Assembly: GCA_902557995.1 (NCBI GenBank)
Contig: CACECL010000002.1
Coordinates: 29,091-93,090 of the forward strand
Length of the DNA: 64,000 nucleotides
Direction: 5' to 3'
Source: an uncultured Pelagibacteraceae bacterium
GTDB taxonomy: Bacteria > Pseudomonadota > Alphaproteobacteria > Pelagibacterales > Pelagibacteraceae
Below are positions 44,558 to 55,843 of the stretch, piece by piece. The notes below the pieces were generated by a model, which was not told where the DNA came from, did not search any database, and worked only from the letters and a program-made list of their open reading frames with translations. Position numbers and translations under genes: made by a program. Position 1 is the stretch's first letter; every line of letters starts with the position of its first letter.

Positions 44558-45227
44558 GTTTATCGCACATATACTAGTGGTTGATGATGATGATGGAATT
44601 AGATCTCTTGTAAAAAAGTATTTAAATGAAAATAAATTCTTAGTCACAACTGCAGAAAATGCAGAAAATGCATTAGAGAAAATAAAAATAATTAAGTTTG
44701 ATTTAATAGTTTTGGATATCATGATGCCTGGTAAAAGTGGGCTTGAATTTTTAAAAGAAAATAAAAAAAAATTAGATACGCCAGTTATACTTCTCACTGC
44801 CAAAGGTGAAGCGAGTGAAAGGGTTGAAGGGTTAGAGATTGGTGCTGATGATTATTTACCAAAACCATTTGAACCAAAAGAATTAATTCTAAGAATACAA
44901 AACATATTAAATAAAACTATTAAAACAGATCAGAAAAGAGTTATAGAATTTGAAAATGTGAAAATTGATTTGAACAAACTTTTAATATTTAAAAGTGATA
45001 AAGAATTTAAGATTAATGCAACGGAAAAAACGATTTTAGAAAAAATGATTAATAACCCTGGCAAAACATTTTCTAGGGAAGATATTGGTCAATTAATTAA
45101 TCTAGATAAAGAAAGATCAATAGATGTTATTATTACTCGGCTTAGAAAAAAGATTGAAATTGATCCAAAAAATCCAAAATTTTTACAGACAATAAGAGGT
45201 GCAGGATATGTTCTCTGGATTGAGTAA
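44550..45227 (+). CDS. OmpR-family response regulator (PetR-like)
   Basis: VVDDD, LDIMMPG, GADDY..KPF, R.IDV.I.RLR.KIE. Confidence 0.92.
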   Translation: MDRFIAHILVVDDDDGIRSLVKKYLNENKFLVTTAENAENALEKIKIIKFDLIVLDIMMPGKSGLEFLKENKKKLDTPVILLTAKGEASERVEGLEIGADDYLPKPFEPKELILRIQNILNKTIKTDQKRVIEFENVKIDLNKLLIFKSDKEFKINATEKTILEKMINNPGKTFSREDIGQLINLDKERSIDVIITRLRKKIEIDPKNPKFLQTIRGAGYVLWIE

Positions 45228-46527
45228 TTACTTAAAAGAAATATTACCAAAAAGATTATTTTATAGAGCGCTTCTTATAGTTGCTATTCCAGTTTTAGTT
45301 TTGCAACTAGTAATTACTATTGTTTTTTTTGATAGCCTATGGATCAAAACAAATAAAGGTATGACAAGAACTTTAGTAAATGAAATTAGTACATTTGTTG
45401 AAGCTTATGGAAGTGAGAAAGAAAATAAACAAGAGTTGCTAGATCTTTTTTCTATATTTTTGGATTTAAATATTGAATTTACCAATAACGAAAAATTAAA
45501 GAATACAGATAATGAAAGATGGTTTAGCCCTATAGATAGAACTTTAAGAAGAGAGCTAAAATCTAAATTTGGATTAGATAAATACTGGTTTGATACAACA
45601 AGTTATAAAGAATTAATTGATTTAAGAATTAAATATGAAGATGGTTATTTTAAATTTTTAGTACCTAAAGATAGAGTTGCAAGTTCTTCAGCAAGAATAT
45701 TTGCACTTTGGATCACGGTACCTGCAATTATAATGGTGATCATTTCTCTAATATTTTTAAAAAATCAAACTAGACCAATCACAAATCTAGCTCGTGCAGC
45801 TGAAAGGTTTGGTAAAGGAGAAAATATTGAAGAGTTCAAACCCTCTGGAGCCCTTGAAATAAGACAAGCAGGACATGAATTTGATAAAATGAGAAAGAGA
45901 ATTGAAAGACATATAAATCAAAGAACAGAAATGTTATCTGGAATAAGTCATGATTTAAGAACACCATTAACAAGGATGAAACTACAATTAGCTTTTATAA
46001 AAGATAGAGAAACTGTTAATAAATTAACTGAAGACATCAATGAAATGGAGAAAATGTTAAACGAATATTTGCAATTTACCAGCTCATCTTATGTTGAAAA
46101 AGATGAAATGTTTAATCTATCTGAATTAATTTCAGAAGTTATTGAAAAATATAATAATGAAAATATTTCACAAAACTTAACACCAAGAATTTACTTTAAT
46201 GGCAGGAAAAATTTAATTAATAGATGTCTAAATAACCTAATTGATAATTCACTAAAATATGCAAATAAAGTTGAAATTGGCTTAAGTAAAAAAAATACAA
46301 ACTTATTCATTATTATTGATGATGATGGTCCTGGAATACCAAAAAATGAATATGAAAATGTATTTAAACCTTTCTATAAAATAGATAAGGGTCGAGCAGA
46401 CTCGAAATCAAGTGTTGGTCTTGGTTTATCAATTTCATCAGACATTATCAAATCTCATGGTGGAAATATAATGTTGGAAAAATCAAAAATGGATGGTCTA
46501 AGAGTTAAGGTTTTCTTGCCTGTTTAA
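45208..46527 (+). CDS. EnvZ-like sensor histidine kinase
   Basis: Two TMs, HAMP, SHDLRTPL, N/G1 (DDGPG)/G2 (GLGL) boxes. Confidence 0.92.
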   Translation: MFSGLSNYLKEILPKRLFYRALLIVAIPVLVLQLVITIVFFDSLWIKTNKGMTRTLVNEISTFVEAYGSEKENKQELLDLFSIFLDLNIEFTNNEKLKNTDNERWFSPIDRTLRRELKSKFGLDKYWFDTTSYKELIDLRIKYEDGYFKFLVPKDRVASSSARIFALWITVPAIIMVIISLIFLKNQTRPITNLARAAERFGKGENIEEFKPSGALEIRQAGHEFDKMRKRIERHINQRTEMLSGISHDLRTPLTRMKLQLAFIKDRETVNKLTEDINEMEKMLNEYLQFTSSSYVEKDEMFNLSELISEVIEKYNNENISQNLTPRIYFNGRKNLINRCLNNLIDNSLKYANKVEIGLSKKNTNLFIIIDDDGPGIPKNEYENVFKPFYKIDKGRADSKSSVGLGLSISSDIIKSHGGNIMLEKSKMDGLRVKVFLPV

Positions 46528-46756
46528 CTTTTTTATTTTTTTTTTCCTCAAGTTTATTGATTTTATTTTCAAGATTCTCAACACGTTTTGAGAGTACTTC
46601 AAACTCATCTTTACTTGTAAGTTTCATTTTAAAAACAAACTCATCTCTTTTAGATTTTAAGATATTAAATAATTCAGTAGTTAAGTCTTTTGAAGATACT
46701 AGTCCCTGCTCTATTAATTTTGCAAACTTATCAATTATAAATTTAGAATTTTTCAT
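46505..46756 (-). CDS. UbiK/YqiC (BMFP)-like coiled-coil protein
   Basis: M.L...EFE.L..R...LE.....LE; divergent from lgt as in other Alphaproteobacteria. Confidence 0.7.
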   Translation of the reverse strand: MKNSKFIIDKFAKLIEQGLVSSKDLTTELFNILKSKRDEFVFKMKLTSKDEFEVLSKRVENLENKINKLEEKKNKKVKQARKP

Positions 46757-46788
46757 ATTTAAGATATACATTATAAGTATTATTAAAA

Positions 46789-47559
46789 ATGTTCATTAAT
46801 AATTTTGACCCAGTAGCCTTAGAAATATTTTCTTTAGAAATCAGGTGGTATTCTTTAGCTTATATATTTGGAATTATATTAGGCTGGGTACTCGCTAAAA
46901 AATTATTTATACAAGACATAGAAGTTAAAAATAAATTTGATGATTATTTAACTTATTTAATTATAGGTATAATTTTAGGAGGAAGACTTGGTTATATTTT
47001 TATTTATAATTTAAGTTTTTACATAAATAATCCATTAGATATATTTAAAATATGGCAAGGTGGGATGTCCTTCCATGGTGGTTTAATTGGAGTTATTTTC
47101 GCATCTATATTTTTTGCTAAAAAAAATAATCAAAACCCATTCTTGTATATGGATGTTGTCGCTTTAGTAGCTCCAGTCGGATTATTTTTTGGACGAATAG
47201 CAAACTTTATAAATTCAGAGTTATATGGAACTATAACTAATGTACCCTGGGCAGTAACATTTGTTCAAGTAGATAATATTCCTAGGCATCCATCGCAATT
47301 GTATGAAGCACTATTAGAAGGTTTATTTTTATTTTTATTATTAATTTATTTTAAAAATAAATTTTTAAACAAACCTGGTGTGATTTCAGGATTATTTTTA
47401 ATAATTTACTCAATTTTCAGATTTATTATTGAATTTTATAGAGTACCAGATGAACAGCTTGGTTATATACTTTTAAACTTAACGATGGGGCAAGTAGTAA
47501 GTTTAATATTTATAATATCAGGAGTAATCTTATTTTATTTAAAATATGAAGCTCGCTAA
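46789..47559 (+). CDS. lgt: Prolipoprotein diacylglyceryl transferase
   Basis: RWY.LAY, GGRLGY, GGMSFHGG, GRIANF.N.EL.G, HPSQLYE. Confidence 0.97.
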   Translation: MFINNFDPVALEIFSLEIRWYSLAYIFGIILGWVLAKKLFIQDIEVKNKFDDYLTYLIIGIILGGRLGYIFIYNLSFYINNPLDIFKIWQGGMSFHGGLIGVIFASIFFAKKNNQNPFLYMDVVALVAPVGLFFGRIANFINSELYGTITNVPWAVTFVQVDNIPRHPSQLYEALLEGLFLFLLLIYFKNKFLNKPGVISGLFLIIYSIFRFIIEFYRVPDEQLGYILLNLTMGQVVSLIFIISGVILFYLKYEAR

Positions 47560-48598
47560 AACAAATAATTTACCATTAGATCAATTTATAAATTTTGCTC
47601 TTTATGACAAGGACAAAGGTTTTTATATGAAAAAAAATCCTTTTGGTGAAGATGGGGATTTTATTACTGCTCCCAATATCACAAGATTATTTTCAGAGAT
47701 TATTGCAATTTGGACAATTACTTTTTGGAAAAGCATTGGCTCTCCGAAAAAATTTAATTTGCTAGAACTGGGAGCTGGAAATGGTGAAATGATAAAGGTC
47801 ATAGATGAGACGCTTATAAATTTTCCCGAGTGTTACAATGCCTGTAGTTTTGTAATTCATGAAAAAAGTCGTTTTTTATTAAATGAACAAAAAAAAAATT
47901 TAAACTCTAAAAAATTTTCATGGTTAAAAAAAATTGAAAAAATAAACTCAAACCCAACAATTTTTTTGGCTAATGAATTCTTTGATGCCATACCAATCAA
48001 ACAATTTTTTAAAAAAAAAGATAGTTGGTTTGAAAGATTTGTGAATTTGAGTGATACAAACAAAGCTGAATTTAAAGAAGAAAAAATTGATATAGAAACA
48101 ATTGAAAAACATCTTAATTTCGAAATATCAAAAGATCAGAGCGTTATAGAATATTCACCAGATACATTTAAATATTTAAGAACAATTTGTGATTTAATAG
48201 AAAAAAATGATGGGGGAATGTTGATTATAGATTATGGTTATGCAGACAGCAAAATGCATGAAACTCTTCAGGCAGTAAATAATCACAAATATTCCAACAT
48301 TTTAGAAAATATTGGAGACTCTGATATTACCTACAATATAAACTTTCATTCCTTTGAAAAATTTATAAATCAGTTTAAAGAAATTAATTCAATTTTTACA
48401 AATCAAAAAAAATTTTTAACAAATATGGGTATTCTTCAAAGAGCAGAAATAATAAGCAAAAATATAGCATTTTCAAAAAAAGCAGATTTATTTTATCGAG
48501 TAAGACGTTTAATAGATGAAAATCAAATGGGTGAATTGTTTAAAGTCATGCTTGTAAAAAATAAGAGAAACAATTTTAAGACAGGTTTTCAAAATTGA
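47546..48598 (+). CDS. MidA/NDUFAF7-like SAM-dependent methyltransferase
   Basis: GDF.TAP, ELGAG.G, ANEFFDA.P, IDYG, MG.LFKV. Confidence 0.9.
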   Translation: MKLAKTNNLPLDQFINFALYDKDKGFYMKKNPFGEDGDFITAPNITRLFSEIIAIWTITFWKSIGSPKKFNLLELGAGNGEMIKVIDETLINFPECYNACSFVIHEKSRFLLNEQKKNLNSKKFSWLKKIEKINSNPTIFLANEFFDAIPIKQFFKKKDSWFERFVNLSDTNKAEFKEEKIDIETIEKHLNFEISKDQSVIEYSPDTFKYLRTICDLIEKNDGGMLIIDYGYADSKMHETLQAVNNHKYSNILENIGDSDITYNINFHSFEKFINQFKEINSIFTNQKKFLTNMGILQRAEIISKNIAFSKKADLFYRVRRLIDENQMGELFKVMLVKNKRNNFKTGFQN

Positions 48599-49353
48599 TA
48601 AAATCAAAAAAACTTTCGAAAATAAAAATAATTAAACATGGTTTTTTTAATAAAACTGGAGGTAAATCAAAAAAAATTTATAAAAGTTTAAACTGTGGTC
48701 CTGGTTCTAAAGATAATCCCTCAGATGTTAAAAAAAATTTACAAATAGTTAAAAAAAAAATAAAAAGCACTGCTAAAAGTATTTTTTTACTTCATCAAAT
48801 ACATAGTAATAAGTTAGTTTATATTAATAAAAAAAATAAATTTAAATCAAAACCAAAAGCAGACGCAGTAATTACAAACCAAAAAAACATACCAATTGGT
48901 GTTTTAACTGCTGACTGTGTGCCGATTTTAATCTGTGATGAAAGAATAAAATTAGTTGCAGCAATTCATGCAGGGTGGAAAGGTGCATACAAAGATATAA
49001 TTAGCAAAGTAATCCAATTTATGATCAAAAAGGGATCTAATACTAAAAATATTACTGCAGCTATCGGACCTGCTATCTCAGCTAAAAATTATGAAGTCAA
49101 ACAAGATTTTAAAAGAAAATTTATTAAAAAGGATAAAAAAAATAATAAATTTTTTAAAATTAAGTACAAAAAGCTTTATTTTGATTTACCTAAATATGTA
49201 AAATCATGTCTTTTAAAGAATAAAATAAAAAATATTGAATCTTTAAATATTGATACCTTTGATATTAATAATAATTTTTTTAGTGCAAGGAGAGCGTTAA
49301 GGCTAAATCATGATGATTATGGTAGAAATATTTCAATAATTATGCTTTATTAG
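48595..49353 (+). CDS. pgeF: PgeF/YfiH peptidoglycan-editing factor / purine nucleoside phosphorylase
   Basis: SLN.G, Q.HS, TADC.P, HAGWKG, GP.I, FFS.RR. Confidence 0.9.
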   Translation: MIKSKKLSKIKIIKHGFFNKTGGKSKKIYKSLNCGPGSKDNPSDVKKNLQIVKKKIKSTAKSIFLLHQIHSNKLVYINKKNKFKSKPKADAVITNQKNIPIGVLTADCVPILICDERIKLVAAIHAGWKGAYKDIISKVIQFMIKKGSNTKNITAAIGPAISAKNYEVKQDFKRKFIKKDKKNNKFFKIKYKKLYFDLPKYVKSCLLKNKIKNIESLNIDTFDINNNFFSARRALRLNHDDYGRNISIIMLY

Positions 49354-49362
49354 GCTCTTTTA

Positions 49363-50295
49363 ATGAAATTATTATCCGGAAATAGCAACAAACCATTAAG
49401 CAAAAATATTGCTAAATATTTAAAATCTAAATTAGTCAATTCTAGCATTAGAAATTTTTCTGATGGGGAAATCTATGTGGAAATTAATGAAAATATTAGA
49501 GGGAATAGTATTTTTTTAATTCAATCTGTTTCATCTCCTGCAAATGATAACTTGATGGAACTTTTGCTGTGTATTGATGCGCTTAAGAGATCATCAGCAA
49601 AAAATATTACCGCTGTTATTCCTTACTTTGGTTATGCCAGACAAGATAGAAAAGTTGCACCAAGAACATCAATATCAGCAAAACTTGTCTCTAATCTAAT
49701 AACTAAAGCAGGAGCAGATAGAGTTGTTACTGTCGATTTGCACGCAGGACAAATTCAAGGATTTTTTGATATTCCAGTGGATAACTTGTTTGCAACGCCA
49801 ATCTTTGCAAGACATGTAAAAAAAAAGATAAAAAATAAAAATCTAATTTGTGTTGCACCAGATGTGGGTGGAACTGAACGAGCCAGAGCACTTGGAAAAC
49901 TTTTAAATGTTGGGTTGGCTATTGTTGATAAAAGAAGACCAAAACCAGGTCAATCTCAAGTAATGAATATTATTGGAGATGTGAAAGGAAAAACTTGTAT
50001 TCTTGTTGATGATATTATCGATTCAGGTGGAACAATAGTAAATGCAGCTAAAGCTCTTAAAGATCGAGGTGCCAAAGAAGTTTATGTTTATATTACTCAC
50101 GGGGTACTTAGTGGAGAAGCAGTAAATAAAATTAAAAATTCTGTAATTAAAAATTTAGTAATAACTGACACAATTGATAATATGAACAGAGTTAAAGGTG
50201 CTAAAAACATTGAGGTTCTGTCAATTTCAGGGCTTATGGGAGAAGCAATTAAAAGAATATCTAATTCAACCTCAGTATCAGATTTATTCAAATAA
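49363..50295 (+). CDS. prs: Ribose-phosphate pyrophosphokinase
   Basis: [36 protein letters not shown]. Confidence 0.98.
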   Translation: MKLLSGNSNKPLSKNIAKYLKSKLVNSSIRNFSDGEIYVEINENIRGNSIFLIQSVSSPANDNLMELLLCIDALKRSSAKNITAVIPYFGYARQDRKVAPRTSISAKLVSNLITKAGADRVVTVDLHAGQIQGFFDIPVDNLFATPIFARHVKKKIKNKNLICVAPDVGGTERARALGKLLNVGLAIVDKRRPKPGQSQVMNIIGDVKGKTCILVDDIIDSGGTIVNAAKALKDRGAKEVYVYITHGVLSGEAVNKIKNSVIKNLVITDTIDNMNRVKGAKNIEVLSISGLMGEAIKRISNSTSVSDLFK

Positions 50296-50340
50296 ATGCC
50301 TTGAGTTATTAACTAACTTAAGCTAAAAACCCTTGTTTTT

Positions 50341-51054
50341 ATGAATTCATTAGACGCCAACATCAGAAGTAACAAAACTAAAGGTGAATTAAATTCATTA
50401 AGGAATAATGGTAATGTGCCTGCTATAATTTATGGTGGAGAGGCTCAAAACGAGAAAATTTCAATATCTAAAAAAATACTCAAGTCACTAATTGAAAAAG
50501 AAAACTTTCTATCAAGCATCATAACTTTAAATGTTGATGGTAAACCTCAAAAAGTACTACCAAGAGAAATAAAATATGACATTATTTCTGATGAACCAAT
50601 TCATGTAGACTTTCTAAGAATAGTTACAGGAATAAAAGTTAGAATTGAAGTTCCAGTAAAATTTTTAAATCATGAAAAATCTCCTGGTTTGAAAAGAGGT
50701 GGAGTTTTAAACATTGTTAGAAGAAAAGTTGAGTTAAAATGTCCAAGCGAAAAAATTCCTGAAAATCTTGTAATAGATCTTGATGGAGTCGATATTGGAG
50801 AAAGTTTTAAAATTTCTTCTATAAATCTTGACAGTGAAGTTACTCCTACAATTCAAGGAAGAGATTTCGTAATTGCAACTCTAGCAGCTCCGACTGTTAT
50901 GAAAGAACCTGAAAAACCTGCAGAAGCTGAGGCAGCTGAGGGAGAAGGTGCTGAAGGAGCAGAAGCGGCAGCAGCCGAAGGTGGAGATAAGCCAGCAGCT
51001 GAAGGTGATAAAAAAGAAGGTGAAGATAAAAAACCTGCTGAAGAAAAAAAATAA
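50341..51054 (+). CDS. rplY: 50S ribosomal protein L25/Ctc (long form, acidic tail)
   Basis: R..G.VPAIIYG, HVDF.R, PG.K.GG.L. Confidence 0.95.
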   Translation: MNSLDANIRSNKTKGELNSLRNNGNVPAIIYGGEAQNEKISISKKILKSLIEKENFLSSIITLNVDGKPQKVLPREIKYDIISDEPIHVDFLRIVTGIKVRIEVPVKFLNHEKSPGLKRGGVLNIVRRKVELKCPSEKIPENLVIDLDGVDIGESFKISSINLDSEVTPTIQGRDFVIATLAAPTVMKEPEKPAEAEAAEGEGAEGAEAAAAEGGDKPAAEGDKKEGEDKKPAEEKK

Positions 51055-51095
51055 GTTAATTTAAATTGAATTTTATCCTCCAATATTAATATTTT

Positions 51096-51656
51096 ATGCT
51101 TCTACTTGTAGGATTAGGTAATCCAACCCCAGATAGTGAAAACAATAGACACAATATCGGTTTCAAGATTATAGATGCAATAAATAAAAAATTTGGACTT
51201 TCAAAACAAAAACCAAAATTCAAGGGACTTCTTACAACTGGTAATGTAGGAGACCAAAAAGTTTATGCAATTAAACCTTTAACATTTATGAATAATTCTG
51301 GAATTTGTATTAGAGAATTAATTGAATATTTCAAAATAGATGCTGAGGATGTTATCGTTTTTCATGACGATCTAGATGTAGAATTTGGAAAAATAAAAGC
51401 AAAATTTGGTGGCTCTGATGCAGGACATAACGGAATTGCATCAATAGATAAATTTATCGGTAAAGATTATTCAAGAGTGCGAATAGGAATTGGTAAACCA
51501 AAAGATAAAATGGAAGTTAGTGATTTTGTTCTTCAAAATTTTGACGAGGATGAAATGCTTGGATTGGAAAAAATTACCAACAACATCACAGATTCTATTT
51601 CAATACTTATAGACAAAAAATTAGATTTATTCTCTAGCACTGTAAATAATAAATAA
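51096..51656 (+). CDS. pth: Peptidyl-tRNA hydrolase
   Basis: GLGNP, RHNIGF, KP.TFMN.SG, HDDLD, GHNG, R.RIGIG. Confidence 0.97.
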   Translation: MLLLVGLGNPTPDSENNRHNIGFKIIDAINKKFGLSKQKPKFKGLLTTGNVGDQKVYAIKPLTFMNNSGICIRELIEYFKIDAEDVIVFHDDLDVEFGKIKAKFGGSDAGHNGIASIDKFIGKDYSRVRIGIGKPKDKMEVSDFVLQNFDEDEMLGLEKITNNITDSISILIDKKLDLFSSTVNNK

Positions 51657-52729
51657 TGAGTTTTAAATGTGGAATTGTTGGTTTGCCTAATGTGGGTAAA
51701 TCTACACTCTTCAATGCTCTAACAAACTCAAGCAAAGCCCAAGCTGCAAATTTTCCATTTTGTACGATAGATCCCAATGTGGGAGTAGTCCCTGTTCCAG
51801 ATGAAAGATTGAACAAATTATCAGAAGTTTCAAAATCAAAAAAAACAATTAACACAACTATTTCATTTTTAGATATAGCTGGTCTTGTGAAGGGAGCATC
51901 TAAAGGCGAAGGATTAGGCAATAAATTTCTGTCCCACATAAGAGAAGTTGATGCAGTTATTCATATGATTAGATGCTTTGACTCAGACGATATTCAAAAT
52001 GTTAATCCAGACGTTGACCCTATAAGAGATCTTGAGATCATTGAAACTGAGATGATGCTAGCTGACCTAGAATCTATTCAAAAAAGACTTGAAAAAAATA
52101 ATAAAAAAAATGTGGACGAAGACCAGCTTAAGATTTTAGAGATTGCACTAGACTGCATTAATAATGATAAAGATATATCAATATTAAATTCTCAATTTGA
52201 TACAAAACAACTTAATCAAAGTGGTCTTTTATCAATAAAACCGAAGATCTTTGTTTGTAATGTAGATGAGCAAAGCGTACAGGATGGAAATAAATATACT
52301 AAAGACTTCATCAAAAAATTTGGAAAAGATAACGCCCTGATTGTTTCCGCAGACATAGAAAACCAAATAAATGAATTAGCAGAAGATGAAAAAAAAAATT
52401 ACATGGATATGATTGGTTTAAAAGAAACAGGTTTAAGTATGTTAATTCAAAAGGGGTATAAAATATTAGAACTTGATACATATTTTACCTCTGGACCTGA
52501 AGAAACAAGAGCGTGGACAATACAAAAAAATTGTACTGCTCCTAAAGCTGCAGGAGAAATTCATACAGATTTTGAAAAAGGTTTCATTAGAGCTGAAACT
52601 ATATCTTATGAGGATTTTGTAGCCAATGATGGATGGGTAAATTCTAAGGCTAACGGAAAAATGAGATTAGAGGGTAAAGACTATATTGTTAAAGATGGAG
52701 ATGTGTTAAACTTCAGATTCAACACGTGA
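51656..52729 (+). CDS. ychF: Redox-regulated ATPase YchF
   Basis: GLPNVGKST, NFPFCTI.PN, DIAGLV.GAS.GEGLGN.FL, TGS domain. Confidence 0.98.
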   Translation: MSFKCGIVGLPNVGKSTLFNALTNSSKAQAANFPFCTIDPNVGVVPVPDERLNKLSEVSKSKKTINTTISFLDIAGLVKGASKGEGLGNKFLSHIREVDAVIHMIRCFDSDDIQNVNPDVDPIRDLEIIETEMMLADLESIQKRLEKNNKKNVDEDQLKILEIALDCINNDKDISILNSQFDTKQLNQSGLLSIKPKIFVCNVDEQSVQDGNKYTKDFIKKFGKDNALIVSADIENQINELAEDEKKNYMDMIGLKETGLSMLIQKGYKILELDTYFTSGPEETRAWTIQKNCTAPKAAGEIHTDFEKGFIRAETISYEDFVANDGWVNSKANGKMRLEGKDYIVKDGDVLNFRFNT

Positions 52730-53485
52730 CCAGATTCTTTTCATACTAAAATAAACTAAAACAGTTAAAATAATTAAATAAACAATCGCTTTAAATCCCA
52801 TCTGATGTCGAGATTCTAAATGAGGTTCAGCTGACCACATTAAGAAGGTCGTTACATCTTTTGACATCTGTTCTACTGTTGCATTTGTTCCGTCACCATA
52901 CTCTACTAATCCATCTGATAACGGAGCAGCCATTCTAATTTTATTACCATACATATATTTATTGTAGTAAACTCCATCATCTAAAGATACGTTGCTAGGA
53001 GCTTCTTCATATCCTTGTAATAAGGAATAGATATAGTCAACTCCACCTCCTCTAGCTTTAACCAAAACAGACATGTCTGGAGGGTATGCACCACCATTTG
53101 CCGCTTGGGCAGCTTTTACATTGTCATATGGCATTACAAATTTATCAGATAATTTACCTGGTCTTGTAAACATTTCACCATCTGAATTTGGACCATCAGT
53201 TACTTCAAATGAAGCTGCTATAGCTTTAGCTTGAGCTTCAGAGAATTCTGGCCCTCCTGGCTCTGCTAAATTTCTATAACTTAAATACTTCATCGAATGA
53301 CATGAGGCACATACTTCAGTGTAAACTTGATAACCTCTTTGAAGAGAAGCTCTATCAAATTTTCCAAATACGCCCTTAAAACTCCAGTCAGTTTTTAGAT
53401 ATTCTACTTTTTCAGCAGCAAAAGAATATGAATTTGAAGTAATAATTAAGATTATTAAAGAAAATAATTTAAATAAATTTTTCAC
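52706..53485 (-). CDS. petC: Cytochrome c1
   Basis: CASCH heme motif, PPD.S, C-terminal TM. Confidence 0.97.
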   Translation of the reverse strand: MKNLFKLFSLIILIITSNSYSFAAEKVEYLKTDWSFKGVFGKFDRASLQRGYQVYTEVCASCHSMKYLSYRNLAEPGGPEFSEAQAKAIAASFEVTDGPNSDGEMFTRPGKLSDKFVMPYDNVKAAQAANGGAYPPDMSVLVKARGGGVDYIYSLLQGYEEAPSNVSLDDGVYYNKYMYGNKIRMAAPLSDGLVEYGDGTNATVEQMSKDVTTFLMWSAEPHLESRHQMGFKAIVYLIILTVLVYFSMKRIWSRVESEV

Positions 53486-53486
53486 C

Positions 53487-54749
53487 TTACTCTATTTTAC
53501 TTTCTTTATTTCTAGCAGTAGCTAGATTTGGTGAACCACCTAGAACAGGTTCGGTAATACTTAGAGGCACTGGTAGAGTTTTTTCTTTAAAGCCTAAAAC
53601 AGGAAGAATAACTAAAAAATGCAAAAAGTAATACGCTGTTGCAACTCGTGCTATCAATAAGTAAAGTCCCTCAGCTGGCATCGCACCCACATAACCAAGT
53701 ATCAAAACATCAGCAACTAGTATCCAGTAAAATTGTTTATACAAAGGTCTGAATACGGCGGATCTTATTTTTGAAGTATCTAACCAAGGTAAAACCGCTA
53801 AGATTAATATTGCAGATAACATAGCAACAACTCCTAGCAATTTATCAGGAACTGATCTTAATATTGCATAAAAAGGTAAGAGATACCATTCAGGAACAAT
53901 GTGTGCAGGTGTTACCATTGGGTTTGCCTCGATATAATTATCTGCATGACCTAAAATATTTGGTGCATAGAATACAAAGAAAGCAAAAACAATCATGAAC
54001 ATCAGTAAAGCAAAACCATCTTTAATTACAATATAAGGATGGAACGGAACTGTATCCTTTGAGGGTTTTTTAATATCAATCCCAACTGGATTGTTGTTAC
54101 CAGGAACATGTAAAGCCCATATGTGTAAAACAACTAATCCTAAAATTAAAAATGGAATTAAATAGTGTAAAGTAAAAAATCTAGTTAACGTAGGGTTGTC
54201 AACTGAATAACCACCCCATAACCAAGTAACTATTCCCTCACCTACCAGAGGAATAGCACTAAACAAATTTGTAATAACTGTTGCTCCCCAAAAACTCATT
54301 TGACCCCATGGCAACACATAACCCATAAACGCAGCCGCCATCATTAATAAATAAATTATTATTCCTAAAATCCATATTATTTCTCTTGGAGATTTATAAG
54401 AGCCATAAAACAAAGATCTAAAGATATGAATATAAACAGCTAAGAAAAACATTGAAGCGCCGTTTGCATGAATATATCTAATTAACCATCCATAGTTAAC
54501 ATCACGCATGATGTGCTCTACACTTTCAAAAGCCATATCAGCATGAGCAATATAATGCATTGCAAGAGTTAATCCTGTTACAATTTGAGTGATTAAACAA
54601 AAAGTTAAAATTCCACCAAATGTCCACCAGTAGTTTAAATTTTTAGGTGTTGGGTAATCTGTTAAATGATTTGCAAGAGTTAATAGTGGCAATCGATCAT
54701 TGAACCATTGTCCTACTTTCGATTTTGGTTTGTAATCGTGGTCACTCAT
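53487..54749 (-). CDS. petB: Cytochrome b
   Basis: [21 protein letters not shown]. Confidence 0.99.
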   Translation of the reverse strand: MSDHDYKPKSKVGQWFNDRLPLLTLANHLTDYPTPKNLNYWWTFGGILTFCLITQIVTGLTLAMHYIAHADMAFESVEHIMRDVNYGWLIRYIHANGASMFFLAVYIHIFRSLFYGSYKSPREIIWILGIIIYLLMMAAAFMGYVLPWGQMSFWGATVITNLFSAIPLVGEGIVTWLWGGYSVDNPTLTRFFTLHYLIPFLILGLVVLHIWALHVPGNNNPVGIDIKKPSKDTVPFHPYIVIKDGFALLMFMIVFAFFVFYAPNILGHADNYIEANPMVTPAHIVPEWYLLPFYAILRSVPDKLLGVVAMLSAILILAVLPWLDTSKIRSAVFRPLYKQFYWILVADVLILGYVGAMPAEGLYLLIARVATAYYFLHFLVILPVLGFKEKTLPVPLSITEPVLGGSPNLATARNKESKIE

Positions 54750-54766
54750 TTTTTTCTCTTTTTTCT

Positions 54767-55276
54767 TTATCCAATTTTAATTGTATTGGCGTTAACAAAT
54801 TCATATTTAGGCACTTCCATATTCCAAGGTGCTGGTCCTTTTCTAATTCTTCCAGAAGTATCATAATGGGATCCATGGCATGGACAGAACCAACCATTAT
54901 AGTCACCTTTATCATTTAGAGGTACACATCCAAGGTGAGTACATACACCTAACATAACAAGCCACTCAGGATTTTTTGCTCTATCTTCATCTTTTTCAGG
55001 ATGAATTAAATCCTCCATTTTCACAGATCTTGCCTCATCTATTTCTTCTTGAGTTCTTCTTCTTATAAATACTGGTTTTCCTCTCCATAAAACAGTCAAT
55101 GTATTTCCAGGTGTTAATGAACTTACATCAACCTCTGTACTAGCTAGTGCTTTAACAGAAGCATCTGGATTCATCTGATCTATCATTGGCCACACTACTG
55201 CAGCGGCACCAACAGCTCCTACAGCTGTGGTAGCTGTAAATAAAAAATCTCTTCTTTTTGTTTTTTTTTCAGACAC
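54767..55276 (-). CDS. petA: Rieske Fe-S subunit
   Basis: Tat signal RRDFL; CTHLGC; CPCHGS. Confidence 0.98.
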   Translation of the reverse strand: MSEKKTKRRDFLFTATTAVGAVGAAAVVWPMIDQMNPDASVKALASTEVDVSSLTPGNTLTVLWRGKPVFIRRRTQEEIDEARSVKMEDLIHPEKDEDRAKNPEWLVMLGVCTHLGCVPLNDKGDYNGWFCPCHGSHYDTSGRIRKGPAPWNMEVPKYEFVNANTIKIG

Positions 55277-55368
55277 TTTTAGTAGCTTTAATTATTATCT
55301 CTTTTTGATTTAAAATAGTTAATATACGAATTCATATAATATAAAATAATTATTTTACTACTGAAAGA

Positions 55369-55842
55369 ATGACACATAATTCAACAATTTTAGGACCCAA
55401 AATAGCTTTGTACGAGCCTGATATACCTCAGAATACTGCTGCAATCATAAGAACCTGTGCTTGTTTGGGTGCTAAATTGGAAATAATTGAACCATGTGGC
55501 TTTCTCTTATCAGACAAACGTTTTAAAAGAGTGGTTATGGACTATATGGACTATAGTCAAATAGAGTTCTATCAAAGTTCGGAAAAATTTTTTGAGGCAA
55601 AGAAAAAACAGAGAATCGTATTGATGACAACTAAGGGTTCAACAAATTATACTAAATTTAAATTTAAGCCTGACGATACTATTTTGTTTGGTAGAGAAAG
55701 TGCTGGGGTACCCGAAAAGGTTCATAAAATTATTAAAAATCGTTTAAAAATACCAATAAATAACCAAGTAAGATCTCTTAATGTTGCATCGTCTGTTGCC
55801 ATTGTTTTGGCGGAAAGTTTGCGTCAGATAGGATTAATATAA
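55369..55842 (+). CDS. trmL: tRNA (C34/U34) 2'-O-methyltransferase
   Basis: P.IPQNT..I.R, FGRES.G, RSLN.A SPOUT motifs. Confidence 0.9.
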   Translation: MTHNSTILGPKIALYEPDIPQNTAAIIRTCACLGAKLEIIEPCGFLLSDKRFKRVVMDYMDYSQIEFYQSSEKFFEAKKKQRIVLMTTKGSTNYTKFKFKPDDTILFGRESAGVPEKVHKIIKNRLKIPINNQVRSLNVASSVAIVLAESLRQIGLI

Positions 55843-55843
55843 A

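Noticed and set aside
50900-51054. Short GCWGAAGG-like repeats, possible tandem repeat or array
   Set aside because: They encode the low-complexity Ala/Glu/Gly tail of L25/Ctc; no repeat-spacer structure
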